This document shows, in pieces, positions 26,532 through 37,249 of a DNA stretch of 64,000 bases; within the stretch, counting starts at the first letter, position 1; each line of letters opens with the position of its first letter. Origin of the DNA: Gnetum montanum (taxonomy: Eukaryota > Plantae > Gnetophyta); contig MNCI01001083.1 in assembly GCA_015680685.1 (NCBI GenBank), forward strand, positions 111,599-175,598, written 5' to 3'. The translations under genes were made by a program, and so were the position numbers. The notes under the pieces are model-generated. The model worked only from the letters and a program-made list of their open reading frames with translations, was not told the origin of the DNA and ran no database searches.

Positions 26532-27749
26532 TTTGCTACTCTTTGTTGATGTTTTGAGGATTGACTAAGAGACATCAACAAAGCATGTGAAACACCACTA
26601 TAGGTTCATCACAAATACTCTCTCTCCATACTTGATTTAGTAGCTATTGAATCCTACCAAGTAGTGCTTACGATGGTGAAATGAGATTAGGATTAAATGT
26701 CAAGAGTTTGGGATGAGATCAATGGCTACATTAATTAACAGGAATTGGTCATTTTGGCTAACAAGAAATTCCAAATGTTGACATCATGACACTGATATGC
26801 CTAGGACATGTGAACTTATTGAAGGTCCTCATTCTTCATGTTTAAACTATAGGTTGCTCAATGATGTTTTGGAGGAACAAACACTCCATCCTTGGGCCTC
26901 TTTCACCATTAGGCTCCTCTCTTTCTTGGTTGGAGCCATTTTTTTACATTAGGCTTCATTGGTCTATTAACTTTCTTGGCATCTTTTCCACTTTCTATCT
27001 CTTTTTCTTTTTTACTATTTTTTTTCTTTTTCTTTTTTTTTATTTTGGTAGTGAAATTCTCATTGGATTTCATTATCAAGGCTAAATTTTAGTTTCTCAT
27101 TGAATGACATGTGTTACATCTAGTAAACTTGATCAATGAAGTATGTCATATTTTGTCACATGGACATGGTGTTTGATTGTCAAACATTGGTTTTCATTAC
27201 TATTAGGAAAAGAAAGATTGTACATTGACTATGGGGACATGGTTTAGGAGCAGTAATGGTAGTGATATGAGTTAAGCACTCTTAGCATAGTTGTACAAGC
27301 TAATTGGATCTTCCACATTGAGATCTTGTGGTAACTTGCTGCTATGATGAGTTACACCTTTGCAATGACTCTAGGATTCATCCTGGAAGCACAACTCCAA
27401 GAGGACAAAAAAAAACCCAAATAATACATGTTATTACAAGAAATTTTATAAGGTCACATGATATAATAAGAGAAATATAGGCCATCATAGGTTACAAATG
27501 GTATAAAATGAGAAATCTATATTTTGTTTCATAGATTTTACAAAGTTTTGTAGTTTATTTTTTATGCACAAAAGAAAAGGCAAGAGATCACATAGGCTTT
27601 CTTGTTGTAGACTAGAAGAGTTGTCTATGCTAGTCATTCATACTTGCAAATAAAGACACACAAGAACCATACGAAAACATGTTAGTGTTAGACATAATAA
27701 GATTTGAGATAGGAATGATTGACCAGATTGGCCAATTTATTTCCATCCA

Positions 27750-30700
27750 TGTCCACAAGTCTAAATGCTCCATTTCCATAGGCTTTTATAACCAAGAAAG
27801 GTCCCTTCCAATTGCTCAAGAACTTGTTTGCATGTTTGCGAATGATCTTAAGAAGAAGGTCCCCTTCCTTGACCTTTTGTCTATTTAGATTATGATGTTG
27901 GTGTTGTTTCTACCTCTCCTAATATTATTTGATGTAAGAAAGTGCTTGTATTTACTGCTCTTCCACTGAATTGAGGTTGATGGTACCTAGCTCCTTATTA
28001 TGTTCATCATTGATAAAGTCAAATAGAACTATCCTTAGTGATGGAACCTTAAACTCAAGAGGCAAAATAGCTTTAGATCCATAAAAAAGACTATATGATG
28101 TGGCATCAGTTATAGTTCTAAAGGTTGTTTTGTAAGCCCATAGTGCATGTATAAGTCATTCATGCCACTTGCGCCTACTATTGTTTAACATCATCTTAAG
28201 CAAGTTTATGATGATCTTGTTTCTAGCTTTGTCTTGACCATTAGCTTGTGAGTAATATGGTGATCAAAAGGGATGTTTAATGCTTAATTATTTACAAAAG
28301 GTTTGTGTTTCTTGGCTACTAAACTTCATTCCATTATCAATGACTATGGTTAGAGGTATGCCAAAATGGGACATTATATTGTCTAATATGAGTTTAAGGA
28401 CTTGTTGAGATGTTGCTTTTATTAGAGGGATAGCCTCAACTCACTTTGTAAAATATTCAGTTGTGGTGATGATGAAGTTATGCTCCACAGAAGACTTAGG
28501 CATTATTGGTCCAATAATGTATATTCCCCATCATTGGAATGGCTAGGTGATTTGAGTAGTGTGTAATTTAGTTTGTGGCATGTGTATTAGGTCATTGTAT
28601 TGTTGATAGGTATCACAAGTATTAACCTTTTTCAAGTAGTCACTTTCCATATAGGACCAATACTATTAATATCATCTAACCTTTGCAACCATGGCTCTAG
28701 GTTCTATATGCTCTCAACAAACACCTTGGTGCACTTGCTCAAGGATTGTGTGAGCTTTGGTTTTGCGCAAGTGTAATAACAATATGCCATCATAGGACCT
28801 TCAACATAGTTTTTATTGGATACAATGATAATTTGTTTTGATCTTTTACATACAATATCATTTTGAGAGGTAAGAAGATTCTATGAAGATTCACCATGCA
28901 TTAGGTAAAACTTGATATCATCATACCACTCCTTTTGATGGCTAGTGTCAATAGTGGCTATCAAGATGCCTTCAGTGTTCTACGTGATGAGAAGAGAACA
29001 TACTTTTATTAAAGAAGGTAACTTGCTAAATACATTTGGCATCACACTTAGGGCTAAGTTTGTAATGTCATTAGCTAAGGTGTTCTCGATTCAGGGTATA
29101 TGTTGAATGCCAACATCTATAAATTGTTGCACGAGAGTGTTAGCTAGGTCATAATAAGGTTGTAAATGTTTGGCCTTCCATGAATGAACCTTCATTACTT
29201 GGTTAACCACATGTTGTGAATCACCTTTTATCATCAAGGATTTGATTCCTTAGTCACGAGCTACCATCATTCCTCTAATTAACCCTTTGTATTATGCCAC
29301 ATTGTTGGTACAAGGGAATTGAAAATGATAAGTGAAAGATTGGATCTCACCATAATGTGATGTAAAGATGGTAGCCACACTAGCCCCATGAGCAATTGAA
29401 GCTTTGTCAACGTGCATGATAGCCTCATAGCCCTTAGCTACCTCATTAACAAAGTTGACATGTTCATTGGAGGACTCAGGATCAATGGCTGCATTATCCT
29501 CAACCTGGAAGGTTGTGACTTATGCAACTATAGCTTGAACTTTTCTTGAGGCTTAAAAGATATAATGTAGGTCAAATTCAGCTATTATGGCCTTCCAACG
29601 GGCTAACCATCTACTTTCATAAATGTTGGTTGTTATGCCTCTTAACACACTATTCTTGCATATGATGTTGACTTGACTCCTAAAGATGTAGTATCTCCAC
29701 TTCTTCAAGGAGAAGACTAGGGCTAAACAATACTTCTCAACCTTAGTGTATTGGGTCTCATAGTGAATTCATGCATGGTTGAGGTAGCATAGTAGTAGCT
29801 CTTGTCCATCATCTAATTTTTGATAGAGTAGATAGGCAATGGACATGTTAGAAATTGCAAAGTAGATGTAGAAAAAATTTATCCTTTTATAACAGATACA
29901 TCATGGGTAGTTGAGCCAACTCTTGCTTAATGTTATTAAAGGCTTTTTGGAATTTGTAGTCCACTCATAGTAAACTCCCTTCTTAGGAAAGTGTTGCATG
30001 GATTGTAGCTTATCTGTAAGCCTTAAATAAACCTATGAATAAATTACAATCTACCTTCTAGTCCTTGAAGCTTCTTAAGGTTAGTTAGTGCTGCCAAGTT
30101 GGTTATGGTCTTAACTTTATTAAGATCAACACATATCCCTACTTTAGACACCAAGAAAGAAAGCATTTTTCTAGTTTTAACACCAATAACATACTTCTTA
30201 GGATTGAGTCTAAGTTCATATTTGAGGCATCATTTGATAGCTAATTCAAGATCATTCACATGGTCATCGACCATTTTTGACTTGACCACTATGTCATCAA
30301 AATAATCATTAAGAAAACCTAGCATGTAATCAATAAATATATAAGTCATAGCTCATTGATAGGTTACACTCGCATTCTTTAGACCAAATGACATCATGAT
30401 GTAACAAAAGGTTCCCCAAGGATTCATGAAGGTTGTATACAACTAATTCTCTGGGTTGATCCTAACTTGGTTGTATCCCGAGAATCCATCCATAAAGGAA
30501 AATAGGGCATGTCTAGCTGTAGTATCAATGAGTTGATCAATACTAGGAAATGGAAAATCATCTTTAATAGTTACCTTATTAAGATATTAGAAATCAATGC
30601 AAATACCTATACTCCCATTTTTCTATGTAATACCTATACTCCCATAGTGGACATAGTGGGAGTATAGGTATTTGCATAGAAAAATACCTATAGGTATGGG

Positions 30701-31115
30701 TATGCATCCAATCAATGCAAATACCGATAGGTATGGGTATACATCCAATCTATGTAATCAACAGCTTAGATGAAACCAACTTGATAAAGTTTCATGATCT
30801 CTCATAAACTACAAAGGCTAGATCTAGTCTAATTTTGTGAAAATTTTGCTTAAATGTTTTAATATTAGGATCAAGTATAATGTTTTATTGAACTAAACAA
30901 GGATCTAATCTAGGCATGTCTTCGTATGACCATGCAAAGATTTTAATGTTATCTTGGAGGACTTTGGTGATGTCTTGAGCCTACTAGTATTCAAGTGAGG
31001 AACTTAGTTGTTTTGCATTGTAATAGGAATTTCAACTAGAGAGTCCTCCATGATGTCCCCAACCACTTTAAGGCTTTCTCTATTAAGGCTATGTGAATAT
31101 ATGCTAAAGTCAAGG
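27750..31115 (-). pseudogene. Tat-2 pol: RT, RH, aRH, INT, disrupted
   Basis: FAWSYEDMP, FMDGFSGYNQVRI, MMSFGLKNA, YFDD (about 30293-30304), KGDSQHVVNQV (aRH), ITTTEYFTK*VEAIPL, KFLSNWKGPF. Confidence 0.92.
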
Positions 31116-31159
31116 ATACTAAAATACAGCCCTTCTCATCAAACATTAATAATACACAA

Positions 31160-31420
31160 TTGATCATGACGAGCTGAAAAGTCAACACTAAAACCAATAC
31201 GAATAATACCATTGGGATTGATAAAAGGGTGACTTCCATAATAGTATTTCTTAATGTGACCCATAATGATAGTCCTGGAGATTCTAGGAATTTGGTAAAT
31301 GTATTTTGTATAGTTGAATAAATTATGATATTCACGTATTAATTGCCTGTTGTATTTAAAATAGACAACATAAACTTCATCAAATCTAATAAGAGTTACA
31401 AACAGTCGTATGTCAACCTC
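31160..31420 (-). pseudogene. Captured C-terminal fragment of glutathionyl-hydroquinone reductase (GHR, omega-like GST, YqjG family)
   Basis: ORF 31139-31423: EVDIRLFVTLIRFDEVYVVYFKYNRQLIREYHNLFNYTKYIYQIP..MGHIKKYYYGSHPFINPNGII..DFSARHD matches plant GHR EADIRLFVTLIRFDEVYAVHFKCN..REYPNLFNYTKDIFQIP..HIK.HYYGSHP.INP.GII. Confidence 0.88.
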
Positions 31421-31662
31421 CAAATTTTTTTCACAATATCGGTTGCAAAGTCCTTTCTTGTGAGAAGCATATGCAATCCCTTAACCTGTCCTTTCATTTT
31501 GGTATCCCTCGGCCATCTAATTCATGTAAAAAAAGAAAAAACATTCTTTACTTCTTGCTCGTATGCATATTCAAGAAGTCTCATATCGACCACTTAAATC
31601 AGTTGACAAAATATCATGAATGACAGCATCATACAAATCTTGCATGGCTTTGAATGCACCTT
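31416..31662 (-). pseudogene. Captured callose synthase (GSL8/GSL10-like) fragment, frameshifted
   Basis: Manual translation: GAFKAMQDLYDAVIHDILSTDLSGRYETS*ICIRARSKE..IRWPRDTKMKGQVKGLHMLLTRKDFATDIVK(fs)NLE, compared with the recalled GA.KAM.D.Y.VV.HD.LS.D.R...DTW.IL.RAR.EGRLFSRI.WPRD.E.KEQVKRLHLLLTVKDSAANIPKNLEA. Confidence 0.82.
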
Positions 31663-32955
31663 ATTCTTGCTCCTATTGCTATAGAAATCCATGGGAATAT
31701 TGAAGGCGTCCTGAAGCATCAGCAAGCCAATGTAGAGAAGACAAGCCAAAGGCCTTTAGAACTAATTCTCTCTGTAATGCCCCAAAGGGATAACAAATAT
31801 GTCTATTCTACAGTGAAAAAAAACTTGCGAACTCAATCTAGGCATTGTTATGTAGTGTTGTTTGGCTGATCATGTTGTGAAATGTAAGCTTGAATACATT
31901 GCAAATGTGATTGTAAAGATCAATGCTAAGCTTGGGTTACAGAACTCATCATTTGGGAAAAAGCAAAATAAGGTCGTGCTCTAATATCAAATGTGTTGTC
32001 TATTATAGTCAGTGTGGATGTTTCTCATTCTGGAGTAGGGGAATCTGATCCATCCATATGTTCTGTTGTTGCAAGTATGGATTGGCCTTTCTTCTTCAAG
32101 TATAAGGCTACTGTTTGTCAATAAAAGAGAGGGTTAGAGATCTTTGAACCTTTGTATTCTGAAACTGAGGACGAACAAGGACGTAAGAAGAGGAGTGGCA
32201 TTTTCAAGCAGATCTTGCTATCGTTTAAACAACAGTCCAACCACACCTGAGTGGATCCTGTATTACAAGGATGGTGTAAGTGATGGACAGTTTGAGATGG
32301 TTCTAAACAATGAAATGGGTTTTTTGAAAAAGGCTTTAGATGCACTAGGATGGAATGGAGATGGTCAGTCTTAATTAGGTTCCCCTGATGAACCTTTAAT
32401 GAGGAAGGAAAAAGTAAGCCAATGACAAAATTACTTTCATTGTTGTTCAAAAACATCATCATACAAGATTTTGCCTTGACCTTAGTATAGGATGCCCAAC
32501 TTTGAAGAACGGAAATATGTTACCATGCAGCATTGTGGACACCATAATGACAATTTGATTTCTACCTTTCCAGCCATGTAGGGATAAAGGGGACTAACAA
32601 ACCAACAAACTATCATGTTCTAAGGGATGACAATGGCTTCACAGTGGCTGAGATTCAAAAGCTGACCAATGCCATTTAATTTACATATGCAAGATGTACG
32701 CAACCTGTCTATTTTCCCTGCATGCTACTATGCCCATTTGGCTCAATTCTGATCCCATTCACATCTCAAATCTCAGTGCTACTCTGTGCATGGTTTGCAT
32801 TTTTGGCTTTTCTTTGCCACTGGTATAAAACTCACACACCAAACTGCTCAACTATTATGGCACCGAAGTAGTGACCCCTCCCTGCCTTTTTCTTGCAGGA
32901 GCCACCTTGTAGGATTGCATTCCCAATGTGAAAAGAAGAATTGTGGTTTGTTTTT
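31660..32955 (+). pseudogene. AGO: Argonaute MID-PIWI (C-terminal half), intron-free, with stops and frameshifts
   Basis: LELILSVMP..YSTVKK(fs)CELNLGIVM*CCL..YIANVIVKINAKLG; VDVSH..PSICSVVASMDWP; GLEIF; ILYYKDGVSDGQFEMVLNNE; ITFIVVQKHHHTRF; NGNMLPCSIVDT; [55 protein letters not shown]. Homology is clear to about 32750. A possible LH.NVK tail lies near 32915-32955. Confidence 0.95.
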
Positions 32956-32979
32956 GTCTATACTATATTTACGTTATGA

Positions 32980-33525
32980 TTTCAGCAAGTTCTATTTCCA
33001 AAATGATGCTGATATGATGCTTATTCAGCATCTTTACATTTTGGCAAATTCTATTTTTAGAATGAAGCTAGTTTCACGTAACGTCATTCTGGCATCTTTA
33101 CATTTTCAGCAAATTTCATTTTCAGAATGATGCTGGTTTGATGCGCATTTCCAGCATCTTTACCTTTTTGGCAAGTTTTGTTTTTAGAATGATGCTGGTT
33201 TGATACTATATAGCATCATTCCGACATCTTTAGATTTTTTGAAAATTCCATTTTGGAATGACGCTGTTTTGATGCCACGGTAGTAGTGTTATTCTGATAT
33301 CTTTACATTTTTTTTTTGGCTGGTTCTAGTTTTGGAATGGCGCTAATTTAAAAATTCCATTTTTGAAATGACGTTGACGTTGGTTCAATGCTTAGTGTCA
33401 TTTTGATGTCTTTACATTTTTTTAAGTTCTAGTTGTGTAATGACACTGATTTGACATGTCTTAATCATTTTGAAAAGTTCTGATTTTTAACGGATGTTGG
33501 TTGGATGTTACAACAGCATCCTCCT
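32980..33525. repeat. Degenerate tandem array of about 55-70 bp units (about 8-9 copies)
   Basis: Recurrent GAATGATGCTG..CAGCATCTTTACATTTT..AAGTTCTATTTT units. Confidence 0.8.
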
Positions 33526-34859
33526 CATAGCGTTCAAGAAACTTTCTAATTTGAGCTGCTACTCCTGATTTTTATCTACGAATTAGGGAGGCCATGTATT
33601 GTTGGAATGAAAATTGAAGTTACTGGCATTATCATCATGTTGGTTCTTGCGTTGCTAGAGTCATAGCTTTAGATGTGGCCAATGTGTAAGGAGGCACGAC
33701 TCGTGATTGTAGGCAAGTGACGCGGTGCGTGGCATCGGCAGGATGATGGATGCATGATAGGTGTTAAGGTCGGTAGGGCATGCGCCGCACAGCGGCCGAC
33801 AACAAGTAGCACTGGATACTGGCTCGTGAAAGAGTCATTCTTTTTCAACAACAACAATGGGAGGCATGCAGGTAGGCAGGGTACATTTTCTTCTTCTACA
33901 TCTTCTACTATCGCAACTGCTCAGGCCTCTTGCGCACTGACATATGCTCAGGCCTCTTGCGCACTGACATGTGCACTTCTAGCTAGACTCTTAAGGATTC
34001 CCAAAGCAATAAAAGCCTTTCATGAACAATTAGCCGCTACCACTACAGTATCTATTGTTCAAGCTCAAAGTTAAGATGTTTAGAAACTTCAAGGCCTATG
34101 TTTTCCATCCTCTGGACCAATTTTTTGATGTCTATTATTTTTGGAATGCAGGACCGCTAGATCCCCTTCTATTGAGGATCCCGTGAGGATCCCGTGACAG
34201 AGAGTTTGATGGTCATTATTTTGGAATAAGAAAGATGATTCAAGTTTATGTTTTTGAATGGAGGGAAAGGTTTTGGTATTTTTTAAAAGCTTCCACCATC
34301 CATTGTGCACCTATGAACCTATGAATGCATAGATAAATGTTCATTTCATTGGCAAATGCATTTAAATGTTGTACTCTTCGTTGCAAGAAATGTATTTAGT
34401 TATTGGCTTGGGATACTACCGTGAATTCTAAGAGGGAAGGTTTTTTAAATTGGTTTCATCATCACAGGTTGAAGCCTGTATTATTTTTTATATCTTCCCC
34501 TAGGTTCAGTGTTTCAGGTTTTTTAACCCCCACTTTTTTCTGACTTAGTAGGCAATGCTACCCAGAGACAGTTGGAAATTCTTTCTAGCTGGGTTGTCTG
34601 TTTGCCTAAGCTAGTGTTGTTTCTAAAATTCTCCATTGGTATTTTTTAGCCTGCGCTGAATTTAATTCTATATTACAAGTGCTCACTACTTTTTCTAAAT
34701 TTATCTATATCAAGGTGAGAAGAAAGTCGGAATGTTTTCACCTCAAAAATTAGTTATGTGCTAATGTCTGAATCTGAAGTCAACAGCCATAATTACAGAA
34801 ACTAGTAACATTTGTAACCATGTCAAAAACTAAAGCACTATTTCTTTTTTTCCTGTTCA

Positions 34860-34927
34860 TTCGTTGGATCCATTAAGTGATAGTTACAACGTGTTCGTTG
34901 GATCCATTAAGTGATAGTTACAACGTG
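34860..34927. repeat. Perfect 34-bp tandem duplication
   Basis: TTCGTTGGATCCATTAAGTGATAGTTACAACGTG twice. Confidence 0.9.
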
Positions 34928-37249
34928 ACTTATCGTTGACAGTTAAAAGGAACCGAAAAATAAGATGACCATTGATATGATTTTGATTTCTTAACTATTG
35001 ATTTTCTTTTTCTTTTACTCTTATGCATGAACATGTGTCTCTTCCATCTTCCAACAACAAATCGAGTCTTACTTTGCTTGAAAATCTCAATACAGTAAGT
35101 TGCCTTCCATTCAAACTAAGCAGTCAATCTAAACATCGTTCTGTTGGTGAATTTTATATCAAACAACTCCATATCATGTTTGACAATATTATGCTTTATT
35201 CTGCTATGTAACCTTTGGAAAGTACTCTACAGCAACACATCGGCTGTTCATGCACTGTTTAAAGAAAGTAGAATAGTTTCTTGGGGCTGCGTAGCCTGTT
35301 GTGAGGCTGGGATGGCCATTCCAAGGTGGGAGCGCTATTGGGCCTGTGTGGCTCTCTGTACCACCGTCGTACTTAAGTTCTTCCCTTTGCCCACCCCTTA
35401 GGCGGAGGTGGAGGTGGCTTAATTAGTATAATTGATTTCATGTCATCTAAGTCCATCTGTCTAGCTAGGCTAGGTAAGTATTTCCTCCTATTTATTCATC
35501 TTTGTAGGTATCATCATATACTTGTACTTAGAGAAGTAAGGATTAGGATTTGTTTAGCTTGATTGCTTGGTTTATGTTGATTGTCACAAGATTGGCTATT
35601 GGTATGGTTTTCTCTATGTAACACCACGGGCCATCGGGTTTTATAGTATAAGGTGCTAAGGCCAATGCATCAGGTTGCCCGAACCTAAAAGGTGTTCAAG
35701 TGCATTGAATCTACATTCTTTGCAAATCATCAGCTTAGTGCCTTTTTCTTTCCTCATTGGGAACTTGCTACGTTATTTTACTAGGTCAACTATGTTCAAG
35801 CGACATCATCAATTTCAATATTTCAATTCACAACAAGTTAAAACACTCTTGTAAGAATTTTACTGCAATAAAACATCAAGGTTTTATCTAGAAGAAATAA
35901 ATTTCCTACCATTTATAGTATGAAAAATTGTTAATGAAACTTGCTTCGGAACCTTCTCTTTCATTTAGTCCAAAGGATACTACATTGATTGTCCAACACC
36001 TTCTACCATTTTTCATTACAACTTTGTTTGATGATACATTATGCTAGTCATTGATGATGAAACAAATGGTCATGAAATTTATATATACCATAAGTTGTTG
36101 GTAATTTAACAAATCTCTTGCTATTCAAAATGATTTAGCTAAGTATTTGAGGCTAAAATTTTTTTTGATTCATTGTTAATATTGAGATTAATATTCTTGA
36201 TGTTGTTGAGCGATGTGGGTTTTCCTTAATGAAATTTTGGATAATATATTACCTCTCATGTATGCTTTCATCCATGAGTTGTAGCCTCCTTTTGGAATGT
36301 TGTGTTATTTTATTTTTTAATGATTACAATTATGGCTATGCCTATTACTAATGATTACATGCTTTTATTGTTCATAAGTCCCAGGTGATGGTAGTGATGG
36401 CTTTAGTAATGATGTTGATGGTGATTCTCCTTCTCCTTCCACCACATTAGTTTTATCCACTAATGGACTCTTCATACTTTGTTATTTATTATTTTGGCTA
36501 TCATAGCCTTGGTGACTATATTGGTTATTATTTTTTATTATCTTACGACATTGTAATGGTCTTATACTTTTGTTATTGTTCTATCACACTGTGTGAACAT
36601 GGCTATTAGTATAGGTTAAAAGTTTTTTTCTTTTTTTTAAAAAAGTATTATATGTCTTTAATTTCATTTTATATTTTTGTTGCACAAAAGGCTATAAGTT
36701 AAAATAATAAGATGCAGAGTAAAGTTTGACTATAAAGTGCAAAGGCATAAAATAAGGCACAATGGGTCATAGTGCAAACATAAAAGGAATGGTAGACCAT
36801 GTTTTTACTTTGATTTTATGCTTTTTGTTTTTATTGCATTTTATGGTTTCATGTAAACAAAAAGAAAATATGCACGAAATTATAAACTAGACATGAAAAT
36901 AAAGTCCATAAATATAATGCAAAATATAAATGTTGAAAGTGCTTTGTAATTTTTGAGAGATTCAAAAATTTGTAAGGTCATTGTTAAATGATTTTATACT
37001 CCATGTTCTCTTCACTTACCATGCTAAATGGGAGTTCATCCCATGATTCATTTGTGGTCCCTACAATGTTGGTATTAATTTGGTCAATTTCATTGGGTTT
37101 TTAAGCTATGTTTTGAATTACAAAAGCTTCTTCTTGAAACTCTAGCTCAAATCCTTGTTCTACATCAACCTTATTAACAAACAAGGGATTCATGTTGTCA
37201 CAATGGATAATAATTTAATCTTTCTTATAAGGAAAATGAATTTCTTGAT

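Noticed and set aside
31660-32955. Functional AGO gene or prokaryotic short Argonaute
   Set aside because: Multiple stops and frameshifts, no start or N/PAZ, and the motifs are plant eukaryotic AGO-type. No APAZ partner or bacterial context.
31110-35750. Helitron, Pack-MULE or CACTA termini around the cargo
   Set aside because: No convincing TC...CTRR with hairpin, TIR pair or TSD could be found by eye, so the carrier is unresolved.
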